Source: a virus (lineage: Duplodnaviria > Caudoviricetes). Taken from it: a stretch of 63,934 nucleotides of DNA. The stretch spans positions 1 through 63,934 of the IMG/VR virus record IMGVR_UViG_3300019360_000003. One strand, 5' to 3'. Positions 26,789 through 36,400 of the stretch are shown here, one piece after another (the stretch's first letter is position 1; every line of letters begins with the position of its first letter). Both the position numbers and the translations under genes were made by a program. Below the pieces are notes generated by a model. It had not been told where the DNA came from, made no database searches, and saw nothing but the letters and a program-made list of their open reading frames with translations.

Positions 26789-28233
26789 AACGATCACAAC
26801 AGATCGCGGCGAATATGAAGCAGAAACGCGACGCGATCGAAGAGCTTTTTAAGAAGAACCGGGACGAGCAGGGCCAGCTCAAGGCTCTGCCCGCCGAGGA
26901 CCAGACACAGGTCAGGGCCATCCAGGAGGAACTGAAGACGCTCAACTCCGACTTCGCCTCCGCTACGGAGCTCGAGCAGATTGAGCTCGAAAACAAGGCC
27001 GCCCTCGACAAGCTCGCCGAGCCTCAGTACCCGGCCCCGCTTGCGCCCGGACAGCTGGAGAAGGGCGTCGCCGAACGCGGGCAGAAGGCGGGCCAGGCCC
27101 TCGTCGAGGGATCGATCCCGGCGGGCGCGACTTACATTCGCACCATGCACGACCTCAAGCAGGCGCAGCTCCGCCAGCTCTCCGTCGCTTACGAGGAGGG
27201 CGAACTCGGCCTCGACGCGAAGATGCAGGCGGCGATCTCCTCGAAGACCTACCGTGACGCCTTCCGCAATTACATCCGCAAGGGGAAAGAGGGGCTGGCG
27301 ATCGGCGACCTTAAGACCTTGCAGGAGGGCGTGGATTCGCAGGGCGGCTTCCTGGTTCCGGAGGACATGCTCAACGTCCTGGTCCAGAAGCAGCCGACGC
27401 CGACCCGCGTCGCCGGTATGGTGACCAGGCTGCAAACCAGCCGCGACGCCTTGGCGATGCCGAAGGTCAACTACGCGGCCGACGACATCTACACGACCGG
27501 CATCCGCGTGACGAAGACGGGTGAAATTCCGTCATCCTCGACCGTCCACCGCGTCACTGAGCCCATCTTCGGGATGATCCGGATCCCGGTCCATACGTTC
27601 ATGATGTCCATGCCACTCACGAACGATATGATCGAGGACTCGGCCTTCCCGATCGTCGGCTGGTCGACGGGCAAGTTCTCGGAGACGGTGGACCTGCTCT
27701 ACGACAATGAGATCCTCAACGGGTCGGGCATCGGCGGCCCGGCGGGGATCCTGCTCAATCCGGGCGGGACCGACCAGCCTGCGATCGTCGTGAGCGGCTC
27801 CGCCGCGGCTGTTACGCCGGACGGGATCTTCGACCTGGTCTATGCGCTCCCGGAGCAATACGACGAGAACGCGGTATTCGTCTTCAACAAGACGAATACC
27901 GCGAAGGCGATCGCGAAGCTCAAGGACACCACGAACCGCTACCTCTTCGGCTATGGCGACCAGGACAGCGGGATCGCTGGCGGGCGGCCAAAGGAGCTGA
28001 TCGGCTACTCATACGCCTACTCGGGCTTTATGCCCGACATCGCGGCGAATTCGTTCCCGATTATTTTCGGCGACCTGATGGGCTACTACCTGGTCAATCG
28101 GGTCGGCTTTTCCGTCCAGGTCCTGCGCGAACTCTACGCCGAGACGAACCAGATTGTTCTGCTGGGGCGGCTGCGCTTCGGCGGCCAAGTGGCGGAGCCC
28201 TGGAAGCTCAAAATTCAAAAGATCAGCACCTAA
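26785..28233 (+). CDS. Major capsid protein (HK97 fold)
   Basis: Coiled-coil delta domain; GGFLVPED, ILNGSG..P.GIL, KLKD..NRYL, IIFGD, RFGGQV. Confidence 0.95.
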   Translation: MKRSQQIAANMKQKRDAIEELFKKNRDEQGQLKALPAEDQTQVRAIQEELKTLNSDFASATELEQIELENKAALDKLAEPQYPAPLAPGQLEKGVAERGQKAGQALVEGSIPAGATYIRTMHDLKQAQLRQLSVAYEEGELGLDAKMQAAISSKTYRDAFRNYIRKGKEGLAIGDLKTLQEGVDSQGGFLVPEDMLNVLVQKQPTPTRVAGMVTRLQTSRDALAMPKVNYAADDIYTTGIRVTKTGEIPSSSTVHRVTEPIFGMIRIPVHTFMMSMPLTNDMIEDSAFPIVGWSTGKFSETVDLLYDNEILNGSGIGGPAGILLNPGGTDQPAIVVSGSAAAVTPDGIFDLVYALPEQYDENAVFVFNKTNTAKAIAKLKDTTNRYLFGYGDQDSGIAGGRPKELIGYSYAYSGFMPDIAANSFPIIFGDLMGYYLVNRVGFSVQVLRELYAETNQIVLLGRLRFGGQVAEPWKLKIQKIST

Positions 28234-28314
28234 GGCGGGCTGAGAGTTGAGAGTTGAAATCCGGCCCCGGGCGAATCCCGGCGCCCATTCAATCAATCGC
28301 AAGGAGCATTCGCA

Positions 28315-28758
28315 ATGAACATTCACAGTCCACATCAACATGTGCTGGTCAAACCTTCGCTCGATCCCGAATCCCGCACCGCATCGGCCCAGGGCCTGGG
28401 CGTCGACTGCCAGGGCTTCGAAGAGGCCCTCATGATCTTCCATCTCGGCGCGCATGACCGCACCACGGGCGATGAGACCATTGAGTTCAAGGTTCAGGAG
28501 TCCTCGGACAACGGCGGCTCCGACGCCTTCGCCGACGTCGCTGGCGCGACCACCGGCGCCCTGGGGAACGTCGTCCCGAACGCCACGAGCGGCTCGGTCT
28601 ATATGATCCATCTCAATCTCAACAAGCGAGAGCGGTACCTGCGCGCGGCTACGGTCGCGGCCGGCACGACGCCAATCGACCTCTGTTCGGCCCAGATCCT
28701 GCTCTTTAATCCACGTAACGCCGCGCCGTCGCAAGACAACTCGGTGGTCGTAGTCTAA
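28315..28758 (+). CDS. Probable capsid decoration protein
   Basis: Beta-rich, follows the MCP; VQESSD...ADVAGA...KRERYLR. Confidence 0.6.
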   Translation: MNIHSPHQHVLVKPSLDPESRTASAQGLGVDCQGFEEALMIFHLGAHDRTTGDETIEFKVQESSDNGGSDAFADVAGATTGALGNVVPNATSGSVYMIHLNLNKRERYLRAATVAAGTTPIDLCSAQILLFNPRNAAPSQDNSVVVV

Positions 28759-28796
28759 GTTTCTCTCCTTACTCCAGTCTTTATCCTGGAGGGCTC

Positions 28797-28843
28797 CGCC
28801 GGGCGCTCTATGTGAGGCGAACGCCGAGCGCCCGGCGATTTTT
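28797..28843 (+). terminator. Hairpin with T-run
   Basis: CGCCGGGCGCTC...GAGCGCCCGGCG-ATTTTT. Confidence 0.6.
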
Positions 28844-28849
28844 GATCGG

Positions 28850-29104
28850 ATGAATATGGCACCTGACGAACTCAAACAAGGCGACAGTATACAGGTCAAC
28901 GCTAAAGTGGTCCGCGTGCGGGGTGAGCGGGACGGCGATCCGGCCTATTGGTCGGTAGACCTCCAGCTCCCCGACGGGCAGTTCCTGCAGACGAACCTGA
29001 GGAACCTGGCCGACAAGCCGAAGGCGAAACCCGCGGCGAAGGCCATCGACGGGCCGCCCGAGACGAAGGCCGTCCAAGGTCCGCCGAAGACGAAGAAGCA
29101 ATGA
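28850..29104 (+). CDS. Small head-region protein
   Basis: PPETKAV tail typical of small post-capsid proteins. Confidence 0.65.
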   Translation: MNMAPDELKQGDSIQVNAKVVRVRGERDGDPAYWSVDLQLPDGQFLQTNLRNLADKPKAKPAAKAIDGPPETKAVQGPPKTKKQ

Positions 29105-29592
29105 GCGACGAACAGGCCAGGGAAGCGGCGCTGGAAGAACTCAAGCGCCTTACGCAGCACACTGTCGAGCCGCAGCTTTCGGACGCGGACCTCGACGGAT
29201 TGCTCGACAAGACCAAGCGGGCCTCGACCTGGAAGGCGGCGGTGGTCTACGCCCACGGCGACACGATCCAGCCGACGGTTCGCAATGGCCATCGCTACCG
29301 CGCTATCGAGAGCGGGACGAGCGGCGCAACGGAGCCGGACTGGCCCAAGTCGAAGGCTTCAGGCGTAGGCGACGGGACGAGCGACCCGCAACTGCGTTGG
29401 CAAGAGGACGGGCCGGCCTACGTCAACATCTACAACATGCGCCAAGCGGCGCATGAAGGCTGGATGATGAAAGCGGCTAAAGCCTCACTGTCGGTCGACA
29501 CCTCCGGGCCTGTCGGCGACCTGAAAGCAAGCCAGGTCTATCAACACTGTATCGAGATGGCCGAGCGGTTAGCGCCGGTGGAGTTCTCATGA
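29101..29592 (+). CDS. Head-tail adaptor with an inserted CBM5/12-like module
   Basis: Position; W...Y..GD.I......Y.A...GTSG..EP.WP insert. Confidence 0.65.
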   Translation: MSDEQAREAALEELKRLTQHTVEPQLSDADLDGLLDKTKRASTWKAAVVYAHGDTIQPTVRNGHRYRAIESGTSGATEPDWPKSKASGVGDGTSDPQLRWQEDGPAYVNIYNMRQAAHEGWMMKAAKASLSVDTSGPVGDLKASQVYQHCIEMAERLAPVEFS

Positions 29593-29978
29593 CGGGAGCG
29601 ATCGCGCAGGCGAGCATCGCGCAGACAATCGAATGGTTCGGCGAGAACTTCACGATCCGCCGCAAGGTCGCGGCGAGTTACGACACGGCGACCTCGGTCG
29701 CGACCCCGAGCAATGATGCGCAAATTGTTAAAGGCTTTTTTGATGACGGCAGGCGCAATCGCCTCGCTGCTCTATTTGCTTCATTGGGCGGCCAGACGAC
29801 TGACGTTCGGGCGGCGCGGAAGGCGGTGATTGTGCCGGCGAAGAATTTGCTTTTCGTCCCCGGCGTCGGCGACGTGGTCGAGTCGGGATCGCTCAGGGAC
29901 TCGGTTCGCGAGGCGCAGGAGCTGAAAGGGGCTGAAGGGGTCGTCCTCTTCTATCGGTTGGTTCTCGAAAATGGCTAA
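29589..29978 (+). CDS. Head closure protein (putative)
   Basis: Synteny; PGVGDVV motif. Confidence 0.6.
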   Translation: MTGAIAQASIAQTIEWFGENFTIRRKVAASYDTATSVATPSNDAQIVKGFFDDGRRNRLAALFASLGGQTTDVRAARKAVIVPAKNLLFVPGVGDVVESGSLRDSVREAQELKGAEGVVLFYRLVLENG

Positions 29979-30393
29979 CGGCGATTACAAACAGGTAATC
30001 AAGCAGTTCCGGGAAAAGGTCGAGCAACGCTCCCTGGCTGTGATTCAAGACACCGCCGGCGAGATGGCTGACCGCGTGATCCACCGCACGCCGGTGGACA
30101 GAGGCGAGGCGCGCGGGAACTGGCTCGCAGCGATCAATACGATCGATCAAGAGCACGATAAGAACAGCCTCGACCCCTCGGGCGACGCGCGCGCGGCTCG
30201 GGCCCGGGAAATCGCTAGACAGATGAAGCTCGGCGACGTGTTCACGCTCGCCAACTCGACCCCCTACATCTTTCCGCTGGAGTTCGAGGCGCATAGTCAG
30301 CAGGCCCCATTCGGTTTCGTCGGCGTGACGGTCGCGGAGTTCCCGCTGATCGTGCGCGATTCGGCCGAGAGGGCCGCGAGAGGGAGGGCCTGA
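29971..30393 (+). CDS. Tail completion protein (HK97 gp10-like)
   Basis: TPVDRGEARGNW...NSTPYI..LE...SQQAP.G. Confidence 0.8.
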   Translation: MANGDYKQVIKQFREKVEQRSLAVIQDTAGEMADRVIHRTPVDRGEARGNWLAAINTIDQEHDKNSLDPSGDARAARAREIARQMKLGDVFTLANSTPYIFPLEFEAHSQQAPFGFVGVTVAEFPLIVRDSAERAARGRA

Positions 30394-30860
30394 TGGCGTT
30401 GACGGTCGAGCAAGCGAGGCAGGCGATCCAGAGCGCCATCGAGCAGCGCGTCGAGGCCGAGTGGGTCTCGGGCGGAATCCCGCGCACGGCGGTTCAGTTC
30501 CCCGACGTGTTGGGTTTGAGAGACATCAACGGCCAGACGATCGAGAAGCCGCCGCCGGAGTCGCCCTGGCTCCAGGTGGATCTGATCTGGGGCTCATCGC
30601 TGGAGGCGACGTTCGGGATCAGCGCGCTGAACGAAAACGCCGCGCTGATCCAGCTCTCGGTCTTCGTCCCGCGCAACCGTGGCAAGGGGCCGCTCAACCA
30701 GCTCGTCGGATACGCGGCGAAGATCTTCGATCGTTTCCACGGAAACAATCTGCGCTGCCGCTCGTCGAGCCTGGGGCCGGATCTACCGGGCGCGGGCTAC
30801 TTGGTTGGAATCGTGCGCACCGCCGTCGCGTTCTACACGGAGGCGGGCAATCAATTTTGA
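30393..30860 (+). CDS. Tail terminator (putative)
   Basis: Synteny before the tail tube; SVFVP...G motif. Confidence 0.65.
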   Translation: MALTVEQARQAIQSAIEQRVEAEWVSGGIPRTAVQFPDVLGLRDINGQTIEKPPPESPWLQVDLIWGSSLEATFGISALNENAALIQLSVFVPRNRGKGPLNQLVGYAAKIFDRFHGNNLRCRSSSLGPDLPGAGYLVGIVRTAVAFYTEAGNQF

Positions 30861-30871
30861 GTGAGGTGGTT

Positions 30872-31150
30872 ATGCCGAGAAGAACAGAACAAATTTTCGG
30901 AAACGTCCCTGTCGAAGAGGCGTCAGATGCCGCTCCGCAATTTCGACCCGCACCATCGCTTGATGGAGTTCGCGAATACTGGGCGTCCGGACGCGCTAAG
31001 GACGAGGCCGCTCGGATGATGGAGGCGTATCGGACCAAGTGCGCTTTTGGCGACTGCGGCGCGGAGTTTTATTACATCCCGCAACCGGACGAAGAGGCCG
31101 CCCCGACGGATCTCCTTTGCGAGGAACACAGCAAGCAGTTAACGAAGTGA
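30872..31150 (+). CDS. Hypothetical protein
   Basis: GAGGTG RBS; Cys/His residues. Confidence 0.55.
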   Translation: MPRRTEQIFGNVPVEEASDAAPQFRPAPSLDGVREYWASGRAKDEAARMMEAYRTKCAFGDCGAEFYYIPQPDEEAAPTDLLCEEHSKQLTK

Positions 31151-31158
31151 GGTGATAC

Positions 31159-32541
31159 ATGCCAGACGGCGCCAGTATTTCAAGACTCAGACTCTCCTCC
31201 GTGATCGAGGTCACACGCGGGACGACGCCGGCGAATCCGCCGTATGCGATCCTCCCGATCCGGCGCGGCAGTTCCGCGTCGGTCCAGAAAGCTTTCGAGC
31301 GCAGCTCGCTGATTCGCTCCGACCGCCAGGGGGGACAGCAGATCGGCGGCACGGCGTCCAACCAGGCCCGGCTCTCGATGCCGCTACTGCGCGAGGACGG
31401 CTTCATGCAGTGGATGCGCTCGGCGCTCTCGAACGTCGAGGCGGTCGTTGATCTGGCCGGGAGTTTCTCCTTCACGTCCGGCTCAAAGACGATGTCCCGC
31501 GCCGCGGGATCCTTTCTGACCGACCCGATCGCCGACCGTTTGAACGTCGGCGATGTGTGTTACATCACGGGCACGACCAACAACCAGTCTACGCTGACCG
31601 GCGCGCATGATGCGTCACAGACGACGTTTACCGTGGCCTCCACGGCGGCCTTCGACGCCTCCGGCGCGTTCCGTGTCGATACCGAAATCATCACCTACAC
31701 CGGCAAAACGGGAACAACGTTTACCGGCTGTACGCGCGGAGCTGCGGAAACTACGGCCGCGTCTCATTCGAACGGCGCCGCGGTGATCCCGATCCGGCGT
31801 ATCACCGCGATCACCGCCACCGACGTGACCTTCGGCAACAACACCGTCGTTACAGAGGCTGCGCTTGCTGTCACGGTCGTGACGCTTACGAAACTCCTTC
31901 TGCCCGGAACCTCTCGCAAGTTCTACAGCCTCGAACAGTTCGGCGGGGACATCAACGTATTCGAGATCTTCAAGGGCGTCGAGGCGAACACGGCCGCGTT
32001 TACCGTTCCGACCTCCGGCGAGGTCGGCGTCGAGTTCGGCCTGATCGGCACGAGATACGCTTTGGGACAGGTCTCCGGCTCGACCTACGCGGCCACGCTC
32101 GGCAACACACCGGCGGCGGCCTCCGCGGCCGGCTCATCGCTGCTCATTGATGGCGCGACGATCAATAGCTGCGTGGAGTCGTTGAACTTTAATATCAACA
32201 ACAACCGCGCCGCGAAGTTCGGCGTCGGCGAGCAGTTCGCGTGTTTTGTGGAAGAGGGCGATTTCGACGTCGACTTGTCATTGGTCATCTACTGGGTCGA
32301 TGCGACGCTTCAGACCAAGTTCCAGAACGAGACCCGCTTCGCGCTCGCGCTGCTCAACGTGGACCAGAACGCCGGCCACAAGTTCCGCCACACCTTCCCG
32401 CGCCTCGTCCCGACCCAGGCGCCAAAAGGAGAGAGCGGACAGACGATAACGGAACAACTTTCAGCATTCGCCGAATACGATCCGGTTACCGCGGCGAAAT
32501 ATTTTTACCACCACATTCAGAATATTCCAGCGGTTCTATAA
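31159..32541 (+). CDS. Major tail tube protein with an inserted domain
   Basis: E.T.GTTP..P, S.LIRSDRQ, NFNINNN motifs; Thr-rich insert ending TRGAAETTAASH. Confidence 0.8.
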   Translation: MPDGASISRLRLSSVIEVTRGTTPANPPYAILPIRRGSSASVQKAFERSSLIRSDRQGGQQIGGTASNQARLSMPLLREDGFMQWMRSALSNVEAVVDLAGSFSFTSGSKTMSRAAGSFLTDPIADRLNVGDVCYITGTTNNQSTLTGAHDASQTTFTVASTAAFDASGAFRVDTEIITYTGKTGTTFTGCTRGAAETTAASHSNGAAVIPIRRITAITATDVTFGNNTVVTEAALAVTVVTLTKLLLPGTSRKFYSLEQFGGDINVFEIFKGVEANTAAFTVPTSGEVGVEFGLIGTRYALGQVSGSTYAATLGNTPAAASAAGSSLLIDGATINSCVESLNFNINNNRAAKFGVGEQFACFVEEGDFDVDLSLVIYWVDATLQTKFQNETRFALALLNVDQNAGHKFRHTFPRLVPTQAPKGESGQTITEQLSAFAEYDPVTAAKYFYHHIQNIPAVL

Positions 32542-32580
32542 GGCGCCGCCATTTTACAGAAAGGACACCTGACGGTTCTT

Positions 32581-33102
32581 ATGTTTGACGTATCAAGTTT
32601 CGGAACCAAGGAAGACCTCACGAAGGGGGCCTGGCTGAGCTTTGAGAACTCAGCCGGCGATCCCGTCTTCCGCATCAAGCTCACCTCGACCGACGGCCAA
32701 GTCGGCGAAAAGCTCATTTACGAACAGGTCGATAAACGCGCGAAGAGAGGCGGCCAGATCTCGCAACCCTCGGCGGAACATGCCGTCGCGCAGAATACGC
32801 GGCTCCTGGCTCGCCTGACGCTCGAGTGGGAGAGCCTCGACGAGGAGAAGGGCGAGTGGAAGCCCCTGGTCCGCTGCGGCGAGAAAGATCTCGCCTGCAC
32901 CTACAACAACGCTGTCTGGCTCTACTCGAACGTTCCGATGATCTACGACAGGGTCAATAAGTTCGTCACTGACCCCGAAAATTTCGTCGCCCAGCGCGCC
33001 AGCGCCGAAGAGCGGGCCACGGACGCTCTCAACGGCCATCTCAGGGCTATCGAAAAAAACTCCGAGAGTGGGCCGATTGGCGCTTCGGCGATGCCGGCTT
33101 AG
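32581..33102 (+). CDS. Tail assembly chaperone (gpG-like)
   Basis: Between the tube and tape-measure genes; slippery site near the 3' end. Confidence 0.8.
   Translation: MFDVSSFGTKEDLTKGAWLSFENSAGDPVFRIKLTSTDGQVGEKLIYEQVDKRAKRGGQISQPSAEHAVAQNTRLLARLTLEWESLDEEKGEWKPLVRCGEKDLACTYNNAVWLYSNVPMIYDRVNKFVTDPENFVAQRASAEERATDALNGHLRAIEKNSESGPIGASAMPA
33054..33060 (+). other. Programmed -1 frameshift site (A AAA AAC)
   Basis: The -1 frame is open from here and continuous with ORF 33150..33437 (gpGT). Confidence 0.8.
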
Positions 33103-33437
33103 CCCACGAGGAAAACGCCGGCATTATCGCGCGGCGCCTTAAAGAGGGGTTGCCAGTGCGCGAGGAGCACGTCGAGGCCTCGCTCGCCGAAGGGGCGAAA
33201 CATGACCTGGCGCCCGACGGAGAGGCCGTCGCCGACTGGTTCTGGGAGCTGCATGCGGGGCGCGGCGCTTCCGGCTTCGGCGCTCCGGAGCCGCTCAGGT
33301 ACACCGAGATCGAGGCCTGGGCGCGGCTTACGGGAGTCGATCTCGACCCGTGGGGCTTGCGGCTCCTGAAGATGCTCGATGGGATTTATTTGCGGCTCGC
33401 CGCGGAGAGGATGCGGCGTGAGGCTGAGAGGCGCTGA
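33060..33437 (+). CDS. gpGT-like frameshift extension
   Basis: WFWEL..GR..SGFG.P.PL.Y.EI.AW...G..L.PW....L..LD motif. Confidence 0.75.
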   Translation, partial: LREWADWRFGDAGLAHEENAGIIARRLKEGLPVREEHVEASLAEGAKHDLAPDGEAVADWFWELHAGRGASGFGAPEPLRYTEIEAWARLTGVDLDPWGLRLLKMLDGIYLRLAAERMRREAERR

Positions 33438-36400
33438 TGCCAACGGTTGACCTGGCGACACTGGCTTTCGAGATAGACGCGTCGCGCGCCGACGCGGGAG
33501 CGCGCAAGGTCAACTCCGCGCTCGACTCGATCGAGAAAAAAGCCGACGCGGTCACTCAGAGGATTAACGAGTTCAACGGCCGGCTCGGGGCCTCCGTCCA
33601 AACCTCCGCGCTGGAGAAGAGCGCTCGCGGCGTCGAGAGCGCGAACCGCCAGGCCGCCGCTTCGCTCAAGGATGTGGAGCGGGGCGTCGCCAGCGTTAGC
33701 CGCGCCCAGCAGAAGGCGGCTGACGACGCGCTCCGCCACGCGCAGGCCTTCGCCCGGCTCCTGCAGGCGCAAGGGAAGAGTGCGGACGCCATCAAGGCCC
33801 TTGAGCGCGCGCTCGGTCAATACCAGGGCAGTCAGATCCAGGTCCTCCGAGTCCAGACCCAACTTACGAACCTCCAGAACGATTACGCCAACTCGCCGCT
33901 GATCTCCGCCGTCCGCGCCCAGTCTGAGGCGATGGGATCTTTGGGCCGCGCGAGCGGCCAAGCCTCCGCCAACTTCGCGCAGACGGCCAAGGCGGGGACC
34001 GCGCTCGGGGACAGTCTCTCCAGCTCCACAGCCGCCACGATAGCCCAGGCTCAGGCGCTCGCCCAATTGCAAGTTTTGCAGGGCGATAACGCGGCCGCGG
34101 CCCGGACCCTGGCCGACGCGCTACAGACGGTTTCCGCGCAGCAAGAGCAGGCGCTCGCAAGTAAGAGCTCGTTCGGATCAAGATTGCTTGAGGGGCTGCG
34201 CGCCGCGACGGCCGTGGTCAACGCGGTCACGGCGGGCCTGCAGTTCTACACGACTCTGCGGGGCGAGGCCGGCCAGACGACGACTGAGGCCGAGGCCGCG
34301 GCGAAAGCGGTCTCGCGAAGCTTCGAGTTTGCGCGCGCTGGAGCGAAGGCTGTCAAGAACGCGGCCGATGAGGCGACGGCCTCGCTCTCCCGGATGGCCG
34401 CGATCGCGAAGGGGGCGTTTGGCGCGCCAGCGGAAGGGCGAGCGGTTGCGGCGCCGGCGGCAGGCCCTGTTACGGCGCAAAACCTCCTTGAGCGAATCCG
34501 CGCGGCCAATAAGGCCGTTCTGGAATCCTCTCGCAAAGAGGAGGGAGAGAAAGACGCGCAGCAGGCGGCTAAGCTCGCCCAGCAGGCTAAATCGACGGCG
34601 CGCTTCTTCGAGCAGCTCGACAAAGCCAAGCGGGCCGCGCTGCGCTTCGGCCGCGAGGAGACGGGATCGGCCAGTCTGATCGATTTCCTGGAGGGACTCT
34701 CCAGCGTGGCGGATCGAGCGGCCGCGCGCGTCTCGACTGCGGCCAGCTCGATCAGTCAGCGTATCCGCGCCTCATTCGCGGGCGATCTCGGCGACCGCGT
34801 AAGAGCGGTTTTTGATTCCTTCGGCGGAGGGGCCGAAGGAGCGGCGGGCAAGCTTGAGAGCCTGAATAACCGCGCGCAGTTCGCGACTGGTGTTTTCACG
34901 CTCGTCGCCGGCAAGGTGGCTTTTATGGCGGCGGCTTTCACCGCCCTCGCCGTAGCCATCGCCGCCGCGACGCCCATACTCATCGGGATCGGAGCTGTCG
35001 GCGTCCGAGCCAATGCGCAGTTCGAGCAGGTCAAACTCGGGATCGCCTCCATTACGGCCAGCGTGGCGGAACTGCGAACGGGCGAAGGAGTAAAGCTTGA
35101 GGGTATCAACGAGCTAAACGCCGCGCTCCCCATCGCGCAAAAGCAGCTCGACGCGCTGCGCGTGGACGCCCTGCAAACCGCTCTAACCTTCGAGCAGATC
35201 GCGCCGGCGTTCCTGCAGGCGGTCGGTCCCGGGCTCGCCGCGGGACTCAATCTCGACCAGATCCGCAAAACAGTCATCGATCTTTCGCAACTGATCATTC
35301 CTCTGACCGGCAACGCCGCGCAGCTCGGCCAGGAGCTGCGGGCCATTTTTAGCGGCGACATCAACCAGGATACGCAGGTCGCGAAGGCGCTCGGCATCAC
35401 AAAAGAACAAATCGAAGCGGCCAAAGAGCAGGGCAAGCTCGCCGACTTCCTCAATGAGAAACTGAAAGTCGCCGCGGCGACCGGCGCGCTAATGGCCAGG
35501 ACGTTCGAGGCCGCGACCTCGAACCTGCGCGAGGCTGGGACGGTGCTCGCCGGGCGAGTCACCGAAGGGTTTTTCAGCGCGCTCCGCGACAAACTCAACG
35601 CGACGCTCCCGACGATCTTCGAGACGGCGGGCGGGACGGTCGAGATCAGCGCGCGATTCAAAGGAATCGCCGACACGTTCACCGAGGTCTTCGACCGGCT
35701 GGGCCAGCGCGCCGTCCAGGCTATAGATTTCGCGCTGCGGCAGATCGAGAGCCTCTCGCGCTTTCTGGAGAGCGCTCGCATCCCTGTGCTGCGGCTGCTC
35801 GACGCCACGGACTTGCTGATCGACCGGATTACGATTCTAGGCAAGACCCTGGTAAGTGAACTGGGCTTCGATGGGAAGGGCGCTATCATCGACATCGCGC
35901 AGGAGCTTGAGGACCTGTCTTTGATCATCGCATTTCTCCAGGACGTGGGCGAGTTATTCGGCGTCTCCTTCCTGGGAACGATCAAAGAGATCGCCTTCGT
36001 TATTGAAGACAGGCTGAACGAGGCCCTTAAATTCCTGGGCATTCAGATCCAGGCGTTGGATAAAGATGTGCAGAGATTGGAGGGCGATCTGATCCAATTG
36101 GAGGATCGGTTCCAGCAGGGCTTTAAAAACGTGCGCGAAACTCAGAACCGTATAGAGATCGCGCGCGGGTTGAACGCGATTGACGCGAAACAGAGAGCGC
36201 AGGTCGTTCTATTTTTGGGCCAGGAGTTCGATCTACCTGGAGGCGGGACCGATGTTATCACTGGGGGGCGCGGAACGAAGATCGTCCCGCCGAAACCGAC
36301 GAGAGAAGCGGGGGGAGGAAAGTCGCGCGCCGAATCCGAAGCCCGCGCAATTCGTGAAGCTCAACTTGCGTTGGAGAAATCCGCCGTTGAGCAAACCGTC

